Shown: one piece after another, positions 1-10,951 of the stretch
How the letters are laid out: every line of letters starts with the position of its first letter
How positions within the stretch are numbered: the first letter of the stretch is position 1
Assembly: GCA_017654855.1 (NCBI GenBank)
Contig: CM030336.1
Location: forward strand, 3,038,001-3,102,000
Origin: Podospora anserina
Lineage: Eukaryota
Length of the DNA stretch: 64,000 bases
Direction of reading: 5' to 3'
Position numbers and translations under genes: made by a program
The notes under the pieces: model-generated
The model's database searches: none
Told to the model about the DNA's origin: nothing
What the model saw: the letters and a program-made list of their open reading frames with translations, nothing else

Positions 1-852
1 CTTTTTCTTGGCCAAAATATCAAACTGTTCTTTGCTGATGATGTACTTGGTCGCGTCTGTGAGAGGCAGGCTGATGACCAGCAGATCAAGGTCCTGGGCG
101 AGGAACTCGTTGATTGACTCCTTGGAGGAGCCGTGATACCATTTGACCGGGATCAGACCGTCGGGGTCTCCTGTTCCGGGGACAACGTAGCTGTCATCCT
201 TTCTTGCCTCGGGCGTGGCTTTTTCGCGGCGGGTGTAGGCGTAGACTTCCATTCCGAGAGCCTGACCTAGCCGCGCGCAGTGCCTGCCAATGGCACCGTA
301 CCCCAGGATTCCCATCCGTAGGCCGGGCGAGTCTTCAATGTGGAGAGATGGCTGACGGTTCCAGGTAGCCTTCTTTTGTTGCTCGACGTAGCTGAGGAAT
401 TGGTGGTTTGCCATGAGCCAGGTGCCAATGACCCATTCTGCGATTTGGGGCCTGGAATCATTGTTAGTTCAGTCATTCCAAACGGTTCCACCCACCCTTC
501 AACCAAACACGTACGCGTGGGTCCCATTGGCGGTGCAGAAGGTGACATTGGGGTTTTTGTAGAGGTCGTTGGTGGTCCACCTGTCGGCTCCGGCAGACAT
601 GAGCTGGACATATCTGACTTTGGGCAGCTTTTCGGCCGGGTGAGGCATGAACCCGACCAACAAAGTAACTCCGTCGTACACCTCATCCGGTAGGGGCTTT
701 GGCATCATGGTCAACTCAGACGTGTGCCACCGAATCTCCAGCCCAGGGTATCGTTCCTGGAGCTGAGCGATCCATTTCTCGTCTCGTGGCGCTGGCACCT
801 CAAAGAGGAGAACGTCTCCGGCTAGGGAGCTTGTGGGGGTAATGGTTACCAT
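1..852 (-). CDS. D-isomer-specific 2-hydroxyacid dehydrogenase (3' end runs off the window)
   Basis: ATG at 852. Reads MVTITPT...VQLMSAGAD...CTANGTHA, then a GTACGT..CTAAC..CAG intron, then PQIAEWVIGTWL...MGILGYGAIGRHCARLGQALGMEVYAY (Rossmann GxGxxG) and LLVISLPLTDATK. Confidence 0.9.
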
Positions 853-1349
853 TTTGGATACGATACTCGGTGTTGAAAAACAAGAGACCAGAACAGAGAC
901 AAGGCAAGAGAAGTGATGAGGCAGACCTCCGTGAGGGGTGGCCAGTCTTCTTTTATAAGCCGAGGTCACACCTGAACGTAAACGGCTTAGAGTCCGAGAG
1001 GGCCGAGTGCGACAGTCTCCCCGTTGGTGATGTGTGAATGCTTGGAGGTGCGGGGTCCGGACCGGCTACGGCGGAGCGCCAACGTCTTTCGGAGACATTT
1101 GTCGTATCTCCGTTGCCGTGATGACGCAAAGCGCCACGTTAAAAGCACAATATTCCCGGAGACGTTCACTAAACATGAACCTGCAGCTCAAGTCCAAAAG
1201 GTATAACGATAGGAGTGAATTGATTACCAACCAGCAACTCCCCAACTCCCTCGGATATCATTTCGCGCGGCTATGTCCACCTAGATTAATCTCAACAATA
1301 TGTACAAAAGCTCCATCGCACACTTCTCACCACCCTCCGAATCACCCCG

Positions 1350-2379
1350 TCATGGCCTGTTGCTCAGCTCGGTGTGCTGTTGACCCTGGGCTGGCAGCTC
1401 GATTCGATTCTCGTTGGTAAACGCCTCATGGACATGTGTGTTTGGAATATAGTGACGGTTATCCATCTCGACCTTTGGACTGTAATAATCGGCTTCGACT
1501 GGATACTGTCCGCCATAGTGATAGGCTCCTGGTGAAACAGCCTGCGTCGATGCACCGCTGTGAAGTGTGCCGCTGCCCTGACCTGGACTTCCAGCAATTG
1601 GCCCAACCACCTCGGCATTTTGAGCTTGCGCGTTTGCGCCTCCTCGCCGTCGACCGAGAAAGTACGCACCAATGGCAATACCAATGGCGAGAACAGCTGT
1701 TGCTCCGACTCCGATACCGATGCCAGCACTGGTGGACAGACCAGTTGGGCTGGCTCCCGCAGGTTGCTGATTGGGGAACTCATCTTTGGTTGTGCCACCG
1801 GCATCAGAGGTTGCTCCAGGCCCGTCGCTTGTTGCTGTGGTCGTCGACAGCCCGGGGCTGAGGATAACCGTGGTTTCGGTCGGGAGCTTCGTGGTTGTCT
1901 CGGACGGCTGCTGAAAGTTGGATATTCCTTCGCCGCGTCTCGAAATGTTGAAGTAGTGGCTCATGGCGAGATTATTGCTTGTGCCCTCCTCGAAGATGAT
2001 CAGCATGAACATGTTGGATACGTCCAGGTCCTTTGTCGTCGCGACAATCCACCGCCATCCCGTCATTTCCACGACACTGCCTGTGGACGCAGTTCTGTTA
2101 GCATGGCCATGACAGGTAAGCCAAGGTCAGGTAGGAGGTGCGCATACGGGTGACATGCTCCAACTGTCCCATGGTCTCGGTTCCGTTCATCTGGAACAAC
2201 GTCACGGAATAGGGCAAGCCCTTGGGAGGAGCGCTCCAGTGGAGGTCAACCGTGGACAACTCGACATAGGTGGGGTTCTTGCTGAAATCGCCCCTGGTTC
2301 CGAAGGCTGGCGGGGTGAAGAACTCCATCGCCGTTACGGCAGCGGGTAGAAGCGCGCCCAGGATGGCAAGGAGCAACAT
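1350..2379 (-). CDS. Single-pass membrane protein with signal peptide and Ser/Thr-rich stalk (Mid2/Wsc-like architecture)
   Basis: Signal MLLLAILGALLPAAVTA. Intron 2081-2147 joins HVT-R-SVVEMTGW. T/S-rich linker, TM segment AGIGIGVGATAVLAIGIAIGAYFLG followed by RRR, cytosolic tail ending ELP...TELSNRP. Confidence 0.8.
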
Positions 2380-3312
2380 TGTATTGTCTGTCGTGACAGA
2401 GATGGGTGAAAGAGTCGCGTGGGGAAAGAGGAGGGAGGGGATCTCTCTCGCATAAGAGACTTTGGCGACGCCATGTGACACTGGGGCCACTCACCTGCCC
2501 CGGGGACTATGGTTGCATAGTGGGTTCGCTGATCTCCATCACATCACGATGTTGCTCGCGGTTACGTTGCTATTATATGAGGGTATTTAGGGAAGGCGTG
2601 TTTGAGCACTTGAACACGGCATTATCTGGAGCAGGGGGTGCTGTGCGGAAAACTCAGGGGTTGTCTGTTAGGGTCCCGCTTTGGAGGTTACACAGTGTTC
2701 GTCAGGGGTAGGTTAGCGCAAGCGTTTGGCGCATTTGCCAGCGGGCCGTTGGTGGCATTGCTTGTTTGCGCCGTGCCTCCGCAGCCTCCGCAGCGGGCCG
2801 GCACTGATTTTGCTTTCAGCGTCAGGCGCAGGCCATATGTATATGGTTCCAGCGACCTCTAGCAATCGCTCCGTCCAGGCCTTGTGTTGACCCAGCCCCG
2901 CGGGTGCGGGAGAACCACTCGGTACCGAGGGCCGGTTTGCGGTTCCCAATCACAGACACAGAAACCTCGCCATACACTCAGTCCCGATGACCAGTAAGAG
3001 AATCAGCAGCTACTTGAAACACTTACTGTCCTTTGTTGACCTTTCTGTCATGCCAGTCTTGTTCAGGCTCCTTCTGGCACCCCCGGCTTGTCTGTATCAT
3101 CATGGCAAGGCCAAACAAAAGTACCGGAAAGACAAATAGAAGGAAGCATTCTACAGACCAGGCCTTGCCACACCAGACCTAACAATCACCACAAGCGGTC
3201 GTCTTGACGGCCCGTTCCTCGTTTGCAGGGTCGCCACGTGCTTAGGTACCTACCACCTCACAGCTTCTAATTTCATGATTTATGTTTGTCCAGGTAAGAT
3301 ACATCTTTCTCC

Positions 3313-3981
3313 CTACTTTGATTCCACCCCCCCTCCAACCATCTCCCCCGGCGCCGCCTCAAACCTCTCAACACCCTCAGGTATCTCCACCACCGCGCTC
3401 CTCGTGTAAATATGTTTTGACCCTTTCCACTCCAAACCCTCAATCACCCCTCCCTTGACAGAAACAGTACCCCTGAGCGTCCCATCAGCTTCATGGATAT
3501 GGTGGTAGATCCGGCACCCGCATTCCCTGCAAAAGTAACAGTCCATCGTTCTGCCTTCTTTGGTTGGGCGTGTCCACTTTGACAGTTTGGATTGCATCTC
3601 GGTCGGGATGGTAAACGAGGAAGAGGGGAAGATGGCTGAGGTGCCGAAGGCGGAGGAGGATTGCTTTTGGCATTCTAGGCAGTGGCAGTGGTAGAGGTCT
3701 AGGAGGGGGGCTGTTATGGGGAAGGAGATGGAGGTGCATTGGCAGGATATTTGCATTGTGGCGTGGATGGAGTGAGTGGAGTGGTGGGTTGTTGTTGTTG
3801 TTGATGATGATGATGATGATGATGATGGGCGATGCGAGTGACTGCGAGAGGATGGGAGGGTGAAAAAGGAGGATGTTTGCGGGGCAATAGAGCGTTGATT
3901 AACATGGGCTAGCAAGACGAAAGGGCGCGCCAAGCCCCGGGATGTGAAAGTTGTGCGGATTAGCTGTGGTGAGAGCTTCAT
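3313..3981 (-). CDS. GFA/CENP-V (Mss4-like) zinc-binding protein; start either 3756 (core domain) or 3981 (N-terminal extension)
   Basis: Cys pattern CQC...YHCHCLECQKQSSSAFG...YFCRECG...HIYTRSA of the glutathione-dependent formaldehyde-activating family. Confidence 0.85.
   Translation of the reverse strand: MKLSPQLIRTTFTSRGLARPFVLLAHVNQRSIAPQTSSFFTLPSSRSHSHRPSSSSSSSSTTTTTHHSTHSIHATMQISCQCTSISFPITAPLLDLYHCHCLECQKQSSSAFGTSAIFPSSSFTIPTEMQSKLSKWTRPTKEGRTMDCYFCRECGCRIYHHIHEADGTLRGTVSVKGGVIEGLEWKGSKHIYTRSAVVEIPEGVERFEAAPGEMVGGGVESK
3788..3827. repeat. Compound (GTT)n/(GAT)n microsatellite
   Basis: gttgttgttgttgttgatgatgatgatgatgatgatgatg read directly; encodes the poly-S/poly-T stretch in the GFA upstream frame. 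Confidence 0.9.
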
Positions 3982-4426
3982 GATGGCAGATATTTTGGTG
4001 TGCATAAATGAGGAAATAAATTCTCAGGGGCTGAAGATTTCTGCACTTGAGGCGAAGGGCTTCACAAATAAATCTCGTGACATAGGTATACAGGCCGCTT
4101 CGAGCTACCAAATCAGGACAATATTCCGACCGAGACTAGGTCATCCCGCACCATCTCTGTACCTATCTGGTAGTTACTTAGAATCTTCAATCAGGTAGTA
4201 CCCATACTCGGCAAACATAAAGCTTTGGCGACAGCGATGTCTTTTCTACCTAGGTTTTTCTAACAAAACCCTATCCACGTCTACCCTCCCCCTAAACCCC
4301 TGAATCCAGCCAACCGCATCACCACAAACACCCCGACCAAATCACAAATAACAAAAGAAAAGCTCCCTACTGTCTCATCACCCACCGAATCCTACTCTTC
4401 ATAAAGAACTCCTAACACAAACCCCT

Positions 4427-4771
4427 CTAATCACAAATAGCAGCAAGCCCATTGGCGAAGCACCTCTCATCAGCACAGCAGCAAGCCCCGCGCGCCTGGG
4501 GGACGCCGTCCTCATTGGTAGGGAAGATGCAGTTGGCGGGCGAGTTGCCGGCCGGGGTGATCACCGCGAGCTCCGTTTCACTGCCGACGCCTGTTTGGTT
4601 GGGTACCAGTGTCAGCTGAGTTAATGCAAGTGCATTGGGAAGAAACAAGAACTTACAAGCGAGGCTTCCGCCGGGGAGGATGTCGCTTCCGCAGAGGCGG
4701 GCGTTGGGGGGGCATTGCGCGCTGGTGAGGGCAGCGGCGGTGGCGAGGAGGAGGAGGGTGAACTTGTTCAT
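4427..4771 (-). CDS. Small secreted cysteine-rich protein (92 aa after splicing, 9 Cys)
   Basis: Signal MNKFTLLLLATAAALTSA. 66-nt intron 4591-4656 (GTAAGT..CTGAC..CAG). Mature part QCPPNARLCGSDIL...NCIF...GACCCADERC...AICD. Confidence 0.8.
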   Translation of the reverse strand: MNKFTLLLLATAAALTSAQCPPNARLCGSDILPGGSLACKFLFLPNALALTQLTLVPNQTGVGSETELAVITPAGNSPANCIFPTNEDGVPQARGACCCADERCFANGLAAICD

Positions 4772-5019
4772 TTCCGTAGAGGGCTGGGTTTGGGATGTCG
4801 GTGAGTTGGTGAGGTGGTGTTGAATTGTTGTGTTATGGACAGGAGACTAAACTCAGGGGAGGGTGGTGTACTTATACTTTTGTTCTTTTCATGGCATGAG
4901 TGAGGACGAGGTTGATGGCTCGAGTCCGAGGCTATGGAAGGTAAGGGAACAGATCCTTACCCCTTGTGGCTGTTGCATTGTTTTGCCATGATTGAAGGAA
5001 TTCTCACCGAACTTGAAGT

Positions 5020-7850
5020 CAAAGGATTGGGTCATGCGTCTGCGATGAAGACTGTTGGGTTGGTCTTTTATGGGGATGACAACATATACCTTGGGTCACA
5101 ACATCGCACTTGTGGTATTGCAAGGGTAGCCGGCAGCCCCGGAACCAGGCATCGAGTTTTGTTATAGTGACGATCACTGGCGATGGATTGTCTGTTTCAA
5201 GAAGAATCGTGATGGAGGCATTGTCTTTGGAGGATTTCAAGCCTGTTGCCGGATGATGGATAGCTCTGTTGGCCATGCGTCCGAAACGATTTGGCCCCAC
5301 CTATGATCAAGCAAGAAGTGATAGATACAGCAGTACTGTATGTTAGAAACACTGCTCAAAAGTTCGTAGCGCTGATCTTTTGTACCTACTTTAAAGGTGT
5401 GGACTGATCAACCCATCCCAACCTCTTTCCACACGAGGGAGAGACGGTTCAAACAGCAATCCCAGTTACTTAAGATTGAGAGTACCAGACAAGGACAGCC
5501 TGAAACCTCAATCCTCCATATCAGTTGTTTTACGTAAAAACTGTTGTTGAATTTTGTTGTCTGCCACGCATTAGAGTATATGACATGGATGTGGATCCGT
5601 CCCAACTTCAAACACAGGTCCCATGAAACCGGTAGCGAATGAGCCTCATTTTTGGTAGGTCAGCTTCTTTCGGTGAGCTATGTTGGAGGCGCAGCAATGA
5701 GGGTAAGCTCTCGGATATAACCAAGCACTTCGGAAATCGCAGCAGGTTTTGGAAGCTGCATGGGCTTGAGATCACATGAGACTGATGAACCGGCTTCCCC
5801 GGACATACACTGAGGATGAAGCTATTCGATGAGATCATCGTGAGGCATCGCACTCGTAAATCGGACCGAGTGATACTTGACATCGAAAAATGTCCAAACT
5901 AAAAGAGTTGGGGGGTAGGATTGATGAAAGATTCAAAACACGGCGTTAAAATAGGTCCTGAATTATGCCACCACGTAGACAAATACAAGGATGGGAGTCA
6001 TGGCTTGCCAGTCCGCTACCTTATGATGAGTAAACCAGATCATGTTCTTGGAAAGCACAGGAATCATCCCTGTGTGACACATGCGGTCGGAGCACTACCT
6101 GACTCGTATGCCGATCGTCTATAGATAATTGACAAAGGCCAATCGTTGATGAACATGAAATCCCTTGATAAGATAGCCCCATGGTATTGAGCAGCAACGT
6201 GACAAGAATAATGGACGGCAAAATATTCGAGAGCGTCAAGACCTTCTTGCCGAAGCAGATGTCGACATGAGTCTGGAGCAAGCAATCGAATGTCGAGACA
6301 AGGCCGCGGATGCGATGTATTGACTCCAAGTCTATAGCGACGCCAAAGATTTCGACGGTGTTGTTCAGTCACTGAGCAATACGATCGATATCATTGCCCT
6401 CAGCGATGAAAGCTGGCGTTGGATGTACGACTGTGCGACAAGGGCGAATTTCAAGGGTTTCAATGCTATCTGGCCAAAACCAGGTTTTGATTAAAAAAAG
6501 GATATACGACCATGCGCTGGCAGCGTGTGGCGAGGTCCCAGGAGGCTCATGAGGTAATGGTTGTGCCTTGCAAAGCTCAGGATTTCCAAGTTGCAAAAGA
6601 AAAAGGAATGCGAACCGTCTTTGTGTGCAGATCTTGGAGACCTCACCATAGTCATGGCGAGTCAAGCGTCATAGGACTCGGACTGGCAGCTTCTTATGCC
6701 GACTTTGTTGTCTGCAATCGCCTTCAACACGCCGGGCATAATGAAGGGAGGTACTTGACTGATATTTTGGATCAGATGCACATAGATAAGTACCTAGCTG
6801 ATGAAGATGTGTGACTTCATGTCTTTACTTGGTAGTCAACTGGTTATGAAATGAAGTCGGGTGTAAGATTCGGATTGACTTCACTCGTGTGCCAGCATGC
6901 CCTGCCATCTGATGGAGCTTGGTCCAATGCAGGGCCGTTTTGGCTAAACACGTCCAATGACCTCTGCTCTGCGGCCTCGCCTAACCACTGCACGATAAAG
7001 TGATTGTGATTCACTGAAACCCAATCAAGTGTCTGCAGTAACGAAAATGGGCTTGTTCGTATACCCACGGGGAAATTCTTCGGTCATACTTCCAAAATGC
7101 GTCGTGACTAGCTCCTGTTCATTCGAGCTACAATCAGGTTGGCGATCTCAATAGAGACTGCCACTACCGACCTAGGCAGACACCTATGTACTTATCCAAT
7201 CTTCGTCTCTATCATACCCAACATACACGACTACCAAGCGTAAAGTGCTCTCTTTGCCGTCCAATGTAACGTTTCCGGCCCCGGGGTGTTTGCCCGATGT
7301 GGGCAAGCGAAGTAAATACGGCGAGGCCCGTTCGATGGTTACGATGTGTAAAAAGCTCCCAAAGATCCCGTCCCAACGGCTCGCTAAACGAACTCGCTTC
7401 TTCTCGGCACTCAATCAAGGGTCTATAACATCTCCGGAATGGTTCCTCTTAGCTCCAGGTGACAAAGAGCGTCTCGGGTTGAGAGCATGGATAAGTTACA
7501 ATCCTGATCGGCTATTGCAACATTTGACTTCGAGTCTCGCCTACCTTGCCCATTCTTGTTCTAGACTCCTGGCCTTTGAACTTTATGATGTGATCAGTGA
7601 CTTGTTGTGGACAATGTGGTCATGTCTTGCCCTAGATTTACAACAGTTTGTCAAATCTGTTATTGTCTATTGGACCAACGTGATATGGACACAGGGCAAT
7701 GGTGATGGGTATGTAAAGAGCAAAACTCTCACAAATAGTCGAGTTGAGGTCGGTGTCCAAAACGAGACCAAAAATGAAGTAGTCAAAAACCACTCTGCTG
7801 TACCCGCTTCTCACACGGCAAGTCATATATTGCCCACATCATCTGCAGTC
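5020..7850 (-). pseudogene. Highly degenerate NACHT-type NLR-like relic, possibly with ankyrin C-terminus
   Basis: Collinear, motif-like fragments across frames: GTAEWFL..F...W (~7800), GKHPGAGNVTL Walker-A-like (~7280), VVVYVGYD, SLLRS, PALDQ Walker-B-like (~6925), HIFIS sensor-like (~6800), LEYFAVHYSCHV (~6210), AIHHPATG..ITILLE (~5230). Many stops and frameshifts. Confidence 0.35.
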
Positions 7851-8341
7851 TTAGTATGCACGTTTTCATTGCGGCTGATGTCTTGTTCCACCTCTTGAGA
7901 GTGCTGAAATGTGTAAGGCTTCGGCCATCCTGCCTCAACCCCTCAGCTAGTGGACATCAGAGACATGAGCAGCACTGCTCTGCCAACATCATGAGATATT
8001 GCCGAGACTCAACCGTATCCCTGTTCAGTGGTGAACACTCTATGTTTGCATTCGATGAAACGAAAGAAGCGAGAGGCAATATCTCCATCGCGAGATGTGG
8101 GCTTTCTCCGCTTCAAGTCTGACGATCTTGACCGGTTGCCAGCGTCCGTTACGACAAGAGGAATTACAAGCGAGGACATCTCTGGCCTCTTTGACCGTCC
8201 CAAAGAAAAGTATATAACCCCCTGAATCTCCCTCTCTTTCCAGTTTATTCCCATCCTCAGCAGCAGCAGCAGTCTCCAGCCAGCACTCGACACCACCTCC
8301 AACAAACCAGCACCCAGCTCTTTTTGCAAAAATCTTTCAAA

Positions 8342-8807
8342 ATGAAGGCCAACTTCCTCCCCGTCATTGCCCTGCTCCTCACCCCCGCCCTCGCTGCTCC
8401 CTTTGCCGAGCCCGAGGCCGAGGCCGAGTTCACCCCCATGGCCAGGGACATGACTCCCCGCGCCGCCTTCAACGAAGCCGAAGGTCAGTCGACCCCCCCT
8501 TTGCACTCTTTTCTCTCTCATACTCACTTGCAGCCTGCTAACACGGCGCCCGACAGTCTTCGCCTTCGCCCCTCCGGCCTCCTGCAAGGTCCTGAACTGC
8601 ATCAGCGTCATCAGCTCGGCCGTCTGCGTCGCCAACGCCATCGACGATGATGACTACAAGGCTATCCTCAAGTGCGCCAAGAAGGACCAGGTTCGTCATT
8701 TCCTTTCCTCTATCAGACGAGGTTGCTAACATTTGGTTCAGCTGTGCGGCTGCGCTGGCTGCTTCAGCAAGCTCAATGGCTTCTTGGAGAAGTGGGGAAT
8801 CTGCTAA
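8342..8807 (+). CDS. Small secreted Cys-rich protein resembling the fungal calcium-binding protein (CBP) family (113 aa, 8 Cys)
   Basis: TATA-like tatataa ~8211. Signal MKANFLPVIALLLTPALA, acidic propeptide, introns 8484-8556 and 8691-8741. Spliced C-terminus CKVLNCISVISSAVCVANAIDDDDYKAILKCAKKDQLCGCAGCFSKLNGFLEKWGIC*. Family assignment from recalled motif only. Confidence 0.8.
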
Positions 8808-9213
8808 GTGATTGTGCTGGTATTTGGGAGACGGGCGCACAGCGGAAAGAAAATGCCGGGCTGAAAGGGGGACACATGTACATGCTGGGATTGGAGGTGT
8901 AGGTGCTGGGATTTGTTGTGTATAGGGAGATGCAATGATTCTAGTAGTCACTCTTTTGGCAATCGATCGATCGTTGTTTTTTTAAGGTGTCGACGTTGAG
9001 CTTTGGTTGTCCAGGTGATGGTGCTCCATTGATGGATCCCTCGGTGAGCTTGAGCAGCACAGCTGAAACTCAACTAGTCGTCTAGCTTACACCGGCGCGC
9101 CACTTCTTGCAAGTCTGGGATGAAGTCGGCCCGACGTCGCTTCACCAATTACTGTCAGTAGGTAGGCAATTTAGAGTAGATATTTGGGTATCAATTGATT
9201 GCTCTGAGGTGAT

Positions 9214-10155
9214 CTAGACAGGGTCATCGTGGTACACCGGGTCGTCTGTTTCCTGTTCAACTCGGTCCTGCGCAGTGACTGGTCTACCCACCCGCACACG
9301 AGACAACTCTTCCATCTTGGCCGCCCACATTGCTGCCGCCGAAGTGGTGGTCAGCAAAAAGAAGAAGCTCAGCACCGGGATTAGCTGCAGAATCATAGCC
9401 ACTGTGCCAAACCACAGGTAGTCCCAGCTCTTGAAATTCAAATCTCTCTTCATGGTCTTCTTGTCAATTCCACGCAGCTTGTACCATCGGTAGTGCGAGA
9501 GTTTTCCCACGCGTGACCCGGTTATCATGATGAAGGCGGGTGTGCCAATGTAGGGAATAAGGTTGAGGGGAAGGCAGGCGACGAGCTCGAAGATTTGGGT
9601 CCAGCTGAACGGCGAGTATTCGGCGCGGCTTGTGGGTTTGCCTAGCATCTTGACCGAGTTCGGGGCATCGACGAAGAGGACGCGCTGCGGCGCAATGAGG
9701 TCGACGAAGCCATGGTTAATCAAGGTGGCCTAAGCAACAAGAAAACATCAGTAGGGTGGTCGCAAAAAACAAGGAAATGACGAAACAGCTCCTCTCACAT
9801 CGAAAATATCCACGCGACATTCGTCGACAAACAGGCCTTCGAACAGTGCTTGTATCAGCACCAGACCCTCTCCCAGCACGAGGACAGTTGTGTTTATCAA
9901 CGCGCCGGCGCGTCCTTGGAAGATGTAGAGAAGCAAAAATTGGGGAATAAAAGTGAAGGTAAACAAGATAAAGTAGACAAGGAATGATATGATAGAGAGA
10001 GGGAGCAGCCGGCCGACGAAGATGGGGTAGAATTCTGGGTGTCGCAAAAAGTACCAGATGCCGTGGATGGGGTACCAAGCGGCCCTGGCGGCGCGTGATA
10101 GCAGATGCGCCAAGTGGTGAAAGGGACGAGTCAAGGTGTGTGTACTGGGCGGCAT
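9214..10155 (-). CDS. EI24-domain membrane protein (RRT8/LDS-like)
   Basis: YPIHGIWYFLRHP, LVLGEG...LFEGLFVDECRVDIFD, one intron (~9730-9798), ATLINHG, LPLNLIPYIGTP, HYRWYKLRG, FGTVAMILQLIPVLSFFFLLTT..AAMWA. Confidence 0.85.
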
Positions 10156-10951
10156 GATGGAATCTAGAGTCGGCGGGTAGAGAAAAGGCGAGACGATGCG
10201 CCTGACAGATGGGTGGTGTTGCCCACACAGTCGATGATGGAAGCTGGGATCGCGTCGTCATCAAGTTCAACAAACAGCTGAGCTCGCAGCTCCCGTCTGC
10301 AGGTGCGGGGTCAAACAGGCACTGTGTCGCACACAGTCTCGGAAAGGAAAGGTGGGGAAGCACAAGGGGCAAGGACCAAGGGTTTTGACTTTCTGCAGGG
10401 ATTACAACTAAGGTTTCCGACAGGGTGGCAGATTGCGGGGTCTGAGACGGGGCGGTGCCAAACGCAGGGTTAGGGCTGAGAGTTCGTGTGCTTTGGGGGC
10501 CATGAACGGGATCAGCGATGCAAATTGCGAAATAAGACACCACAATCGATCACAGCGTTGAGCATTAAGGTTTTGAATGGCAATAGCGCCGACAGAAAAC
10601 ACTCGGAACAACCATCATGGCCAATGCCAAGTCTGAACAGGACCACCATCATCAGCCATAGCTTCAGCCTCCCTCGCCGAACCAGTCGCAGGATTTGCTT
10701 ACCTCATCAACCATGCACTACGACCGCAGGATGCTTCATGAGCCCGGCTGCCCGGATTTATGGGAGCGGCTGGGAAGAGGGACAACCTGGAACAGCAGTC
10801 GCCTTGCTGTGGTTGGATGTTGGCACTTCACCGGCGAGAAGCCACAAGCCATCCTCTCCTTTCGCCAGGCACTGGTGAAGCCACTTGACGACATCAACAC
10901 TCTCCTCTTATCAATAAGTTGCTGCAAGAACAACAGAGACAGAAGCTTGAA

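Noticed and set aside
7245-7898. 217-aa plus-strand ORF as a real gene
   Set aside because: Non-ATG start, no motifs and no local codon bias; the minus strand carries the motif-like fragments.
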